A DNA stretch of 64,000 bases, from assembly GCA_964596525.1 (NCBI GenBank), contig CAZQUL010000001.1, positions 140,830 through 204,829 on the forward strand. Reading direction: 5' to 3'. Source of the DNA: an uncultured Gammaproteobacteria bacterium. GTDB taxonomy: Bacteria; Patescibacteriota; Patescibacteriia; Magasanikbacterales; GWA2-37-8. Both the position numbers and the translations under genes were made by a program. The notes under the pieces are model-generated. The model searched no databases. It worked only from the letters and a program-made list of their open reading frames with translations, and was not told the DNA's origin. This document shows positions 19,187-28,065 of the stretch, piece by piece. Within the stretch, counting starts at the first letter, position 1. Every line of letters starts with the position of its first letter.

Positions 19187-20338
19187 TTATTTATTTTTGG
19201 CGATAAAACTCTGAAATTCTTTTTCGTAAATGCGTCCGTACACTTCGTAGGGGAAATTAAATTGGTCCACATCTATACCCAGCATCTTCAGTTGCGGAGG
19301 ATCCATATCCCACACATCGTAATAACTGACGTACTGCTCGTTTCGCTCCTTATCGAAGCCGATATCAGCTTTGTATTTGCCCAGTTGGCGAGTATAGCTA
19401 TTACTTGGGAATCTTTTATGTTTTTTGATAAATTCAACTAGGTCACCGAATGTTTTTCCTTTAAAATTCACTCCGTTTCCCAATTCTTTTACATCTTTTT
19501 CCAAAGAGCCAACGGGGTTAATTATACTTTTTATTATTTCACGACTGTCGAATTCGGCATACGTAGCGCGACTGTCTTTTGCCTGTGCAGGACGGTAACG
19601 AGCCGGCTTTACCGTGTCAAAGTACTGCTCCAAACCAAGATATTTTCTGAACATGTCAATTCGAATCTCGGTCATCATACTAAAATAACGCACATCCGGA
19701 GGAACGTCGTCTTTTTTCATTTCTAAAAATCTCTCTTTAGTATAAAAGGGTTTACCTTCTCGAATCTGCTTCAAACGACCAAGTTCATTTATAATTGGTA
19801 CCCCATCATAACTGAAAGGATCCATTCGTTGTGCCATTTTTTCTTTAAAGGCAATTTCTTCAGGGGACATTTTTCCGTCTTTGCGCACTTGGAGAAAATC
19901 AATGCACGTGTTGTACGTATCAACAAGATCGGATGAGATATAGGTGTCGACTATAGCCATTCCAGCAGGCAGCTTACCGCGATCAAGATGCTTACCGTCA
20001 TTGTAGTGAGTCGCTTCTTTTTTGGTGTAGTGCGCGTAGCCGATATAACTGCCGCCCATGGCAAAAGGCAGGGCCAGAACTACCGGACGTATTTTTTTAT
20101 AAAAAGAAGCCAAAACTGCAGAAGCTTTTTTCTTTAGGGCTTTTGCCTCTTCTGCTTTCTGTGGCACAGCTGAAGACTCGATTTCGCTGACTTCTTGAAA
20201 AACTTCGGCGGTCGCTGCGAGTGCTTGATCAAAAAATTCCTCTGCGGCGCGCTCGGTTAATTTGTTGTCAGTTTCAATTTTTTCTGGTTTAAGCTTGGTT
20301 TCAGCTGCCGATCTTTGTTGGAAAAATCTTTTCTCCAT
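19187..20338 (-). CDS. hypothetical membrane-anchored protein
   Basis: 383-aa lower-GC ORF with charged N-terminus, one TM and C-terminal YVSYYDVWD. Confidence 0.75.
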   Translation of the reverse strand: MEKRFFQQRSAAETKLKPEKIETDNKLTERAAEEFFDQALAATAEVFQEVSEIESSAVPQKAEEAKALKKKASAVLASFYKKIRPVVLALPFAMGGSYIGYAHYTKKEATHYNDGKHLDRGKLPAGMAIVDTYISSDLVDTYNTCIDFLQVRKDGKMSPEEIAFKEKMAQRMDPFSYDGVPIINELGRLKQIREGKPFYTKERFLEMKKDDVPPDVRYFSMMTEIRIDMFRKYLGLEQYFDTVKPARYRPAQAKDSRATYAEFDSREIIKSIINPVGSLEKDVKELGNGVNFKGKTFGDLVEFIKKHKRFPSNSYTRQLGKYKADIGFDKERNEQYVSYYDVWDMDPPQLKMLGIDVDQFNFPYEVYGRIYEKEFQSFIAKNK

Positions 20339-20560
20339 AGTATTTAACTAGGTGTTGTCAAACCGGACGAAGGGTCTTGATTTTGACGATGCTTTAAATT
20401 TCTTAGTTCCGATTTAATCTCATTCATTTTTACCATAAAATCATGGTAAGATTTTTTAATATGCTCAAGTTGGTCTTGCTGTTCTATAGGCATACTATTG
20501 GAAAAAATTTAGGATAAGAAAATCTTAGCATTATTCGTCAAAGATGGTCCATACGCATTA

Positions 20561-21031
20561 TCACGTTCTTTCATCAAGCGGCCAGGTGCGCTCGTCATCG
20601 CACCAGACATCACGGGTAATTTCTTTGACAGTCGTAAAGAATGGCTTTTTGAATTCACTGCAGGTGTTCGACGCTTCGGGGTCGATGTAATCTCCGCCTT
20701 GCCAGATACAACGGCCTTGGCACTCAGCATCATTAACGCACGGCGTTTCGTAATCTGTCGTTTCACCCTCCGGGTAGCAGCCATAACGCTGAACATTTCC
20801 TGCTCCACCGAGCTGAAAATAATTAATAAGCACGCCACCGGCTTTGGCACAGCGCTCGATAAGCGTTGGACTCGGGCGCAAGCAACCAACGCCTGTGCGC
20901 GGCAGACGGTCGACGATATACTCGTTGTGATTTATCGGACTAAGATCGGGAGGCGAAGAAAAAAACATCAAGAGTATCCCCACGCTTATAACCCCAAAAC
21001 CCACCGCTACGAGCGCAAGAATCTTTTTCAT
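20561..21031 (-). CDS. secreted Cys-rich hypothetical protein (paralog of 22796-23269)
   Basis: N-terminal TM; RCAKAGG..RYGC..PCVNDAECQGRC..TCSEFKKP. Confidence 0.7.
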   Translation of the reverse strand: MKKILALVAVGFGVISVGILLMFFSSPPDLSPINHNEYIVDRLPRTGVGCLRPSPTLIERCAKAGGVLINYFQLGGAGNVQRYGCYPEGETTDYETPCVNDAECQGRCIWQGGDYIDPEASNTCSEFKKPFFTTVKEITRDVWCDDERTWPLDERT

Positions 21032-21033
21032 AG

Positions 21034-22245
21034 TTAAGAAGTCACGAAACGAAAGCGGCGCTGTGTGACTATATAGGTAAACGACAAGAAAAGAGCAATG
21101 CAAGCCACAATGCCGAGAACGCTTTCAAACCCAACGGTGTCAAGCGCGGTACCAAGAAGCACAGGAGCCGAAAGATTCCCGAGCGTCATGATACTCTCAA
21201 AGGCACCACCGCGCTGACCGCTCGTAGCGGCCGGCCCGAGCGTGACGATTTCACGGCGCTGCACGATAATAAAACATTCAAACAATATCCCTAACACAAA
21301 ACTAGCGGCGACTTTCACGCCATACAAGGGAAAAATCGCGATGCTACCCATGACGATAGCGACTCCCACGAGGCTCCCTGCCACGACCGGCAACGGGCCA
21401 TAACGATCAACAAGGCGGCCGAGACGAATTCCGAAAAGCGATGGTAGCGCAGCGACAACCATAAGCAAAATAACAAGCGTCGGCTGCGCTCCTTCGATAT
21501 AGGCGTCGATGGGAATGAAAAACAACATCAGGTCATCGAGGAGCGTAACGAAAAACATGAGCGCGGTAAAAAACCAGAGCCGTCTTCCCCACGTACGCCA
21601 CTCGTCGAAAGCGTTTTTGTAGGAACGCAAGAACGACGTAAGGGCTGGAACGCGGACCCGCGGCTTATCGACCGGCGCATGTAAAACGAGCACGAGGGCG
21701 ACGAGCGAAAACGGTACGACTGCAGCCAACAGCCAATGGATCGGAACGATCGGAGCAAGCCCCATGCCGATGAGCGCGGTAATGATCCAGCCGAAATTAG
21801 AGCAGGAATCGATGTAACCGAACGCTGTCCCAAGCTCGGCACGCTTGGCGAACCGACGGAAATACGTATTTACGCTCAGGTATTCGACCGTCGCCGCGAA
21901 GCCGTGAATCGCGCGGGCGATGACGATGAACACGGCCGCGCCGAGCGTCCCGGCTAAGAAGTAGCTTATACCGACGAAAGGGTACGCGATAAGCGCGATA
22001 ATGATAAGATGGCGAGCGGAAATGCGATCTTCGTAGCTCCCGATGATCGGCAGAGAAAGAATGCTCACGATTTCAAACATCGCCTTGAACAGCCCTGCTT
22101 CGGCAAACGTATCGGCAGCGAAAAAAATAAAGAGCGGCAAGAGCCCGTCTCCGAATCCCCAGCCTGCCCAGCGAACAGCGCGCGCCCATGCCATGAAACG
22201 GACGGCACGTGGAAGAGCGGCGGGAGTTTGGGCCGTTGTGGCCAT
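21034..22245 (-). CDS. MFS transporter
   Basis: ~12 hydrophobic helices; GSYEDRISAR and GRLVDRYG loop motifs. Confidence 0.85.
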   Translation of the reverse strand: MATTAQTPAALPRAVRFMAWARAVRWAGWGFGDGLLPLFIFFAADTFAEAGLFKAMFEIVSILSLPIIGSYEDRISARHLIIIALIAYPFVGISYFLAGTLGAAVFIVIARAIHGFAATVEYLSVNTYFRRFAKRAELGTAFGYIDSCSNFGWIITALIGMGLAPIVPIHWLLAAVVPFSLVALVLVLHAPVDKPRVRVPALTSFLRSYKNAFDEWRTWGRRLWFFTALMFFVTLLDDLMLFFIPIDAYIEGAQPTLVILLMVVAALPSLFGIRLGRLVDRYGPLPVVAGSLVGVAIVMGSIAIFPLYGVKVAASFVLGILFECFIIVQRREIVTLGPAATSGQRGGAFESIMTLGNLSAPVLLGTALDTVGFESVLGIVACIALFLSFTYIVTQRRFRFVTS

Positions 22246-22321
22246 AAAGAACGAAATAATACTAAAGACCAACTACTAACCACCTACACTGTATCAAAAA
22301 CGCGTCGTTATTCAAAACGCT

Positions 22322-22768
22322 TTAGGTCAGAATTTTTTCCGTCATGATCCGGTTGTCTTCTATGAGCGGCTGCGGCTCGACGGCCGTAAAATAAAATCCG
22401 CTCTGCACGAGAAACGCCAACATTTCGCGCCGGTTATTACGCGTCTTGATCCCGATTTTTCTATAACCGTGCTGACGCGCCCACTCTTCAAGATACTTCA
22501 TCATCGCCCGCAAAATACCCTGGCGACGGAACCGCGGATCAACACCCGCCATCCAACAGTAGAACGATCCGTCGTTGTTTTTATCGTATGAAACCATGTA
22601 TCCGGCCGGTTCATCGGATAGATATGCAACGAGGATTAATTTTTCTTTATCGGCGTATCTCGTTTCAAAATACGCCTTGTCATACGGCTCACCGAATTCG
22701 ACGATCGAGGCGTTTATTTTGACGGCAACGTCAATAGAATCTTCTTTGACGATATTACTAGACATCAT
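22322..22768 (-). CDS. GNAT family acetyltransferase
   Basis: GVDPRFRRQGI acetyl-CoA motif; NNRREMLAFL..GF. Confidence 0.88.
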   Translation of the reverse strand: MMSSNIVKEDSIDVAVKINASIVEFGEPYDKAYFETRYADKEKLILVAYLSDEPAGYMVSYDKNNDGSFYCWMAGVDPRFRRQGILRAMMKYLEEWARQHGYRKIGIKTRNNRREMLAFLVQSGFYFTAVEPQPLIEDNRIMTEKILT

Positions 22769-22795
22769 AGGGAATTCTAGATTTAAGAGAGGCAA

Positions 22796-23269
22796 TTATC
22801 CCGCCCCGCACTTGTCACTCCACACAGGAATATCCTCCTGCGAAGCAAACAGCGGTTTTTTAAAATTCGTGCAGGTTGTAACGCCAGTGCGTTGTTTAGT
22901 CGCCCAGTCATATGAACTGCACAGTCCCTCACACATATCATCCGAGGTGCAGGGCTTACCGGCATCAGCGGCACTGCCGGCGGCGAAACAACCGTAGCGC
23001 TTTTCTGCCTCCCCTACGAAAAAAGGGGCCATCATTCCCCCACCGGCCAACGAGCAGCGCCTATCGAGTTCATAACGGGCTTCGCCACACACTACCGTAC
23101 TGGTTGGCCCTAGATGGTACTGTTTATAGGTAAATTCCTCCGCGGTGATAGGGCGCAGATGATGGTTGTTGTACGTGGGAAGTACAATAGATTCATAATA
23201 CTCTCTTCCTAATAAATATCCACCTACCACCATTACCAAAGCAGCGAAAAATATGATCTGTTTTCTCAT
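22796..23269 (-). CDS. secreted Cys-rich hypothetical protein (paralog of 20561-21031)
   Basis: N-terminal TM; RCSLAGG..RYGC..PCTSDDMCEGLC..TCTNFKKP. Confidence 0.7.
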   Translation of the reverse strand: MRKQIIFFAALVMVVGGYLLGREYYESIVLPTYNNHHLRPITAEEFTYKQYHLGPTSTVVCGEARYELDRRCSLAGGGMMAPFFVGEAEKRYGCFAAGSAADAGKPCTSDDMCEGLCSSYDWATKQRTGVTTCTNFKKPLFASQEDIPVWSDKCGAG

Positions 23270-23275
23270 AAAAAA

Positions 23276-23926
23276 CTAGAAGGTCCGTTTATTTTCTTTA
23301 TACATTTCCTGAGAAGCAATTTTGACCAATGTATCAAGCGTCGTGGGAGAGCGTTTCATAAAACGTTCGACCAGCACATATCCCAATCGATATCCGATCC
23401 AACGAGGAAGTTTTCCACTACCGAAAAACCACTCAGCATGATCATACGTCGTACTCATTGATTCTTTTGCAACTCTTTTCCAGAATTTATCTTCGTCTTT
23501 AATTTTCTTGATATAAGGAATCGTGTGAGAAACTGTTGTTTTCTCTACAAAACAGGCTATTCCTTCGGAGACGAGCGCATCCAACAAGGTAGTGCCATAC
23601 CCCACGGAATTTTCGCGAACAATATGAGCCGCTTCATGGAAAATCGTGGAGGGCATACCGCGTTCAATAATTCTCTTTACGTCGATGCGATCGAAATCTA
23701 TTTTTATATCGATGCCCGTTCTGCCCACCGCACTGCCGACGATACCAGTTTCAGGGATGACGTAAAAATCCTGAGCCTGCATGATGATAACTTCAATCGG
23801 CTTTGTATACAAAAAAATATTTCTTACTTCAGCAAGCGCAGCAGAAGACTTTTTAAGAATACTTTGAACATGTCTTTTGGGGACGCCTATCACGTGGATA
23901 TTGTCCGTACATTGTTGCATACGCAT
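23276..23926 (-). CDS. DUF2268-like Zn-dependent protease
   Basis: HEAAH, SEGIA, WFFG..PRWIGYRLGY. Confidence 0.8.
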   Translation of the reverse strand: MRMQQCTDNIHVIGVPKRHVQSILKKSSAALAEVRNIFLYTKPIEVIIMQAQDFYVIPETGIVGSAVGRTGIDIKIDFDRIDVKRIIERGMPSTIFHEAAHIVRENSVGYGTTLLDALVSEGIACFVEKTTVSHTIPYIKKIKDEDKFWKRVAKESMSTTYDHAEWFFGSGKLPRWIGYRLGYVLVERFMKRSPTTLDTLVKIASQEMYKENKRTF

Positions 23927-23934
23927 AAAAAAGT

Positions 23935-24615
23935 TTAGGTAGTATCTTTTCTGCGATACTCATTCACCGTATCATGCGCGAGTCTCGTCGGTTCGGGCAA
24001 ACGATGCTGGCGCACGCATGTTTTAATGATTCCTATAGACTCTTCCAGAGTAATGAGATGCCCCGGCGAAATGAAAACGGGCTTAACCTTCGCTTTGGTG
24101 CGTAGTGCGGCGCCGATTATTTCTTCTTTGTTATAGCGATCGTAGAGATATGAAACCGAACCGGGTTCTTCGCCTGGTTCATCGTAGACGCCGGTGAGCA
24201 CGCTTTTCGCGCAGCCGATCGTCGGAATATCGAGCACGAGCCCGAGATGCGTCGCGATACCAAGCCGGCGCGGATGCGCGATGCCGACACCGTCGACGAC
24301 GATAAGATCGGGTTTTCGCTCAAGTTTTTCCCAGGCTTTGAGGAGCATAGGGATTTCCCGGAACGATAGAAGGCCGGGAATATACGGAAACGGAATGGTA
24401 TCTTTCGCGACCGCATGATCGACAAGCTCAAGTTGCGGGTACGACAACGTGACAAATCCGGCAAACCCTTCCGTCGCGAAGCGGTTCATACTGACATCAC
24501 AGCCGCCGATAAGCGTTACCGGCTTTTGGAGCGGGACGAGCTGGATTTTTTTACGCAGTTCCGTTTGTTGCCGAATTGCTTCGGCCGGAGCGACTTTCCA
24601 GGATGCAGGGCGCAT
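23935..24615 (-). CDS. nfi: endonuclease V (deoxyinosine 3' endonuclease)
   Basis: GCDVS, FPYIPGLLSFRE, VDGVGIAHPRRLGIA, IGCAKS, RLPEPTRLAH. Confidence 0.95.
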   Translation of the reverse strand: MRPASWKVAPAEAIRQQTELRKKIQLVPLQKPVTLIGGCDVSMNRFATEGFAGFVTLSYPQLELVDHAVAKDTIPFPYIPGLLSFREIPMLLKAWEKLERKPDLIVVDGVGIAHPRRLGIATHLGLVLDIPTIGCAKSVLTGVYDEPGEEPGSVSYLYDRYNKEEIIGAALRTKAKVKPVFISPGHLITLEESIGIIKTCVRQHRLPEPTRLAHDTVNEYRRKDTT

Positions 24616-24631
24616 ACATACACGATTACAT

Positions 24632-24910
24632 TCACTGCTTTTTTCGAACATCTTTCCATGACCACCATTTCATTTTCTCCGCTTCCCGCCCGCCGTTTGC
24701 ATAATACACGGCGCAGCGAAAAACGTATAACAGACAACGATCTTGCACCACTCCGGCATGTCGATTGGAACGATCGTAGAGCTTTTCCGGATCCTCCCCT
24801 TTTAAATCTTCGACCGACTTGATACCAATCGCGCGCAGGTCGCGGGCAATGGATATACCAACACCGGGGATGGAGGTAAGGTTTTGCGGATCGGAAGTTT
24901 TTTTCTTCAT
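24632..24910 (-). CDS. helix-hairpin-helix protein (Cdd1/'pathogenicity locus' family)
   Basis: IPGVG..DP..LY..QDRCLLYVFRCAVYYA..KWWSWKD. Confidence 0.85.
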   Translation of the reverse strand: MKKKTSDPQNLTSIPGVGISIARDLRAIGIKSVEDLKGEDPEKLYDRSNRHAGVVQDRCLLYVFRCAVYYANGGREAEKMKWWSWKDVRKKQ

Positions 24911-25033
24911 AGTGTTTCTCGTAAAAGCAGTATGTTTACGAAGTATCCCATGTTCTAGAATTTTTTTCTACTTTCGATTGAATGAAAATAAAAACGGTTC
25001 TGAGGATGAGCTCACAACCGTTATGGAAACGAA

Positions 25034-26359
25034 TTATTCATTCGTCGATTTTACTTCAGGAGTAGCCGGTTCTTTTTCATACCGCTCGGCCAATAACTTG
25101 TACGGTTTGGAGCGCATCGCGATGAGCGTCACGATGAGTCCGATTATTCCAGCGCACGTAAACACGAGCCCGATGCCGCGCCCCGGACCAACGCCGTACC
25201 AGCTGCCGATAAGCTCGACACCTTTGCCGGTCGTCATGAACGGAATGAAAACATACTGGGCAATGGGACCGATAAGAAAGGCGGTGAGGGGCGACGCAGC
25301 TTGTTCGATACTTTGCGCGAAGCCGAACACGCGGCCCTGGCGTTCGACCGGCACGACTTTTTGCACGATGGTCTGCTCGGTCGCTTCGATGAAGGGCATA
25401 AGCATGATCCAAACCAGCGTGCACACCGCAAGGAGCACGATGGAGGGCTGTGCAGCAAGAAACATGGCGACGATCCAGAGGGTAATATTGACTCTAAACA
25501 ACGTTTTGAGCGGCTTCGTGCCCAACCCTTTCTTGGCAATGTAGAGCCCACCGAAAATGAAACCAAGGCTCAAAAACGCCCAGAGCGTGCCCCACACGTG
25601 GAGCGGCACGAGCGACAAGCCGTAGGGATCCATGAGCGGCATAAAAACACCGCCCAAGAAGTTGTTGAACGTAGTAAAGAAGATAAGCGCGAAAAGCCCG
25701 GGGATGGATTTGACGACTGCGATAGTGCCGCGAATGTCGAGTTTTTTGGGCGCCGCATCGGTATGAATGATGTCTTTTTCCGGAATAACAAGAAAGGCGA
25801 GATGCACGATAACGAGGGCGATAAGTGCGAGCGCGCCCGTGAGGACCCACGTGAGACCCGCAAAGGTAAGCGCGAAACCGCTGACGATGTTCGCCACCAT
25901 GAACGACATTCCCATCACCGTACCGCTCGCGCCATTGACGCGGTCGCGTTTATCCTCGGGGACGAGGATGGTTGTAAGGGTTGAGAGCGAGATGGCGCGG
26001 ATATTCCCGGCGATGACGCCGAACATGAGAAGCGTGATGAAAGCCCACAGCCACGGACTCGCGACCGTCCCAAACGCGCCAGCAGGAGCGGTGAGGTACA
26101 CACCGAACGCACATGCAAATAGTAGCAGTGTCGCCGCACTCGACATGAGCATAGCGTTTTTCTTGCGGTTATGATCGACGATCGAACCGAACCAGAAACC
26201 GGAGAGCGCAACAAGCACAAGATACACGCCAGACATGACGGATGTAGTAACGACGGATTTGGTGGAAAGATACGCCCAGTACGTAGCACTAAACCAGATT
26301 ATGTTCGTGGTAATGCCGGCAAGAAGAGTGTTGCCGAGCAGATGGTAAAAAGCTTTCAT
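25034..26359 (-). CDS. MFS transporter (DHA3-like efflux)
   Basis: 12 TM; GSIVDHNRKK; RQGRVFGFAQS. Confidence 0.9.
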   Translation of the reverse strand: MKAFYHLLGNTLLAGITTNIIWFSATYWAYLSTKSVVTTSVMSGVYLVLVALSGFWFGSIVDHNRKKNAMLMSSAATLLLFACAFGVYLTAPAGAFGTVASPWLWAFITLLMFGVIAGNIRAISLSTLTTILVPEDKRDRVNGASGTVMGMSFMVANIVSGFALTFAGLTWVLTGALALIALVIVHLAFLVIPEKDIIHTDAAPKKLDIRGTIAVVKSIPGLFALIFFTTFNNFLGGVFMPLMDPYGLSLVPLHVWGTLWAFLSLGFIFGGLYIAKKGLGTKPLKTLFRVNITLWIVAMFLAAQPSIVLLAVCTLVWIMLMPFIEATEQTIVQKVVPVERQGRVFGFAQSIEQAASPLTAFLIGPIAQYVFIPFMTTGKGVELIGSWYGVGPGRGIGLVFTCAGIIGLIVTLIAMRSKPYKLLAERYEKEPATPEVKSTNE

Positions 26360-26499
26360 AAACAATTAACTCTACAATCAGGCCGAAAACCTGACCTCTG
26401 AAGCTCTCGCAGCGTACCGGAAAAAAACATTTATGACAAGAAGATTCGTCTACATATAAAAAACCGGAGACACTTCATTTCTCCGGTTCTCTTTATCTG

Positions 26500-26874
26500 T
26501 TAGGTGGTTCTCTTCTTGGTGACGCGGGCTATTCTTGCCACAATATTATCAACTGTTTTTTGCACTTCGGGATGAAGACCGTATTCTGAATCGGCGAACA
26601 AGCGCTCCGAGAGTTCGAATTTGCTGGCCAGTGCCGCGACTTCATTATTAATACCGTCGACGAGCGGATGGCGCATGGCAAGCGTAGTTTCCCCGTCGAG
26701 ATCCACTTTATCCATGACTTTTTTTAGAATTTCCCTCTGCGCCCACTGCACCGTAGTATCTCCTGAACCATACGGAACGCTCCGTAAGAAATCCTTCATC
26801 GACATTTTGTCGGGGATTTCACGGTCTTCTTGAAAAGTCGGATCCGAACCACGACCAAAACGTTCTCCTTTCAT
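26500..26874 (-). CDS. hypothetical protein
   Basis: 124-aa ORF co-oriented with neighbours, followed by hairpin aaccggag..ctccggtt. Confidence 0.6.
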   Translation of the reverse strand: MKGERFGRGSDPTFQEDREIPDKMSMKDFLRSVPYGSGDTTVQWAQREILKKVMDKVDLDGETTLAMRHPLVDGINNEVAALASKFELSERLFADSEYGLHPEVQKTVDNIVARIARVTKKRTT

Positions 26875-26928
26875 ACGTTTGAAAATAGTTATATTAACCC
26901 TTTCATCTTATCAGAAAAAAAAATTTTA

Positions 26929-27234
26929 TCAACCATCAAGAGCGGAAAGTAGCACCCGTAACGCACTTGGTCCGATACCATGAAGCGCGGCAATTTGATC
27001 TTCGGTATATCTTTTAAGCTGTGACAAGTTCTTTATGCCGGCATTAGATAGCGCACGCAAGGCCGGAGCGCTGAGTTTGGGAAAATCACTTTGTTGATGT
27101 TTTTTATAATAACCCGACCAGCATTTCGGGCAGACCGGACAATCGCTCGACTTGTAGAACACGTGGCCGCGCGAACATGTTTTTTTCTTTGATCGAGAAA
27201 CTTTTGCGGCTCTGGCAGACGTGGACGTCTTCAT
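26929..27234 (-). CDS. Zn-finger + RNAP alpha-CTD-like (HhH) protein
   Basis: CSRGH..KSSDCPVCPKC; LSAPALRAL..LHGIGP. Confidence 0.8.
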   Translation of the reverse strand: MKTSTSARAAKVSRSKKKTCSRGHVFYKSSDCPVCPKCWSGYYKKHQQSDFPKLSAPALRALSNAGIKNLSQLKRYTEDQIAALHGIGPSALRVLLSALDG

Positions 27235-27289
27235 AAAAAAAGAGAAAAAGTATCAGATATTAAATCGTAAGGAAGGTTGTGCTTCCACC

Positions 27290-27413
27290 ACGCAATTACT
27301 CGAAAGCTTCATGCCCCAACGCTGTTAGAGCGGCACCGTTCTTTAGGGACTTAAAAAACCTTGTCGACTGACCTCCACCTGCAGCACGTAGGGGCGCGCA
27401 GCCTGAAATGCAT
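27290..27413 (-). ncRNA. candidate structured small RNA (long irregular hairpin)
   Basis: Minus strand: 5' gcccctacgtgctg pairs with 3' cagcgttggggc, with outer atgca/tgcgt and inner tggag/ctcta pairings; TATACT just upstream. Confidence 0.3.
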
Positions 27414-27447
27414 ATATCTATAGTATACAGAAGCGAACAAAAATATT

Positions 27448-28065
27448 TCAGGATGCAAGAATATAGTGCGCCACGTCGATAAAATTCCGTTCGCGATACG
27501 ACCACGGCAAAGCTTCTTCTGGACTAATTTCGGCAAGCGTTTTGTTCCAGCCGTCCGGGACAAAGATGGCATTATAACCCCCACCAAAGATATTCTCTGC
27601 AGATGGCGCAATCCATGAAGGAAAATCCGCGCACACTTCAGCACGTGCGATACGGCCGTTGACATGATGCACAAACAGCTTACAGTCGCCGTCGGGTGTG
27701 GCATAAGCAACCGCGGAATTAATAACGGCCCGGCGATCATCAATGCCATTCATTCTATGTAGAATTTCATCGCGGCCATACTGTTTAAGAAACTCCCCAG
27801 CGCGGATTCCCGGCGCATCATCTAGAGCGGCAACGCGCAGATCCGTATCTTCAGTCATGATCGGTACACGTAGTTTAGCAGCCAAAAACAAGGCACCGTT
27901 TTTGGCCACGTCGGCGACGGTCATACCGATTTCATCATATGCCGCTTCCACCCCGTATGTATCCCGCGCGGACACTATATCAATTGGAAAAGCGCACCGT
28001 TCGACGACAAAACGGAGTTGTGCGAGCTTGGCGTTATTGCCCGTTGCAAAAAGAAGTTGTTTCAT
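27448..28065 (-). CDS. Ham1/RdgB-fold NTP pyrophosphatase with non-canonical specificity residues
   Basis: ATGNNAK, EDTDLRVAALDDAPG, GGGYNAIFVP..TLAE..SYR. Confidence 0.85.
   Translation of the reverse strand: MKQLLFATGNNAKLAQLRFVVERCAFPIDIVSARDTYGVEAAYDEIGMTVADVAKNGALFLAAKLRVPIMTEDTDLRVAALDDAPGIRAGEFLKQYGRDEILHRMNGIDDRRAVINSAVAYATPDGDCKLFVHHVNGRIARAEVCADFPSWIAPSAENIFGGGYNAIFVPDGWNKTLAEISPEEALPWSYRERNFIDVAHYILAS

Noticed and set aside
27351-27413. 20-aa ORF MHFRLRAPTCCRWRSVDKVF
   Set aside because: No RBS or recognisable motif; the region is better explained by RNA pairing.
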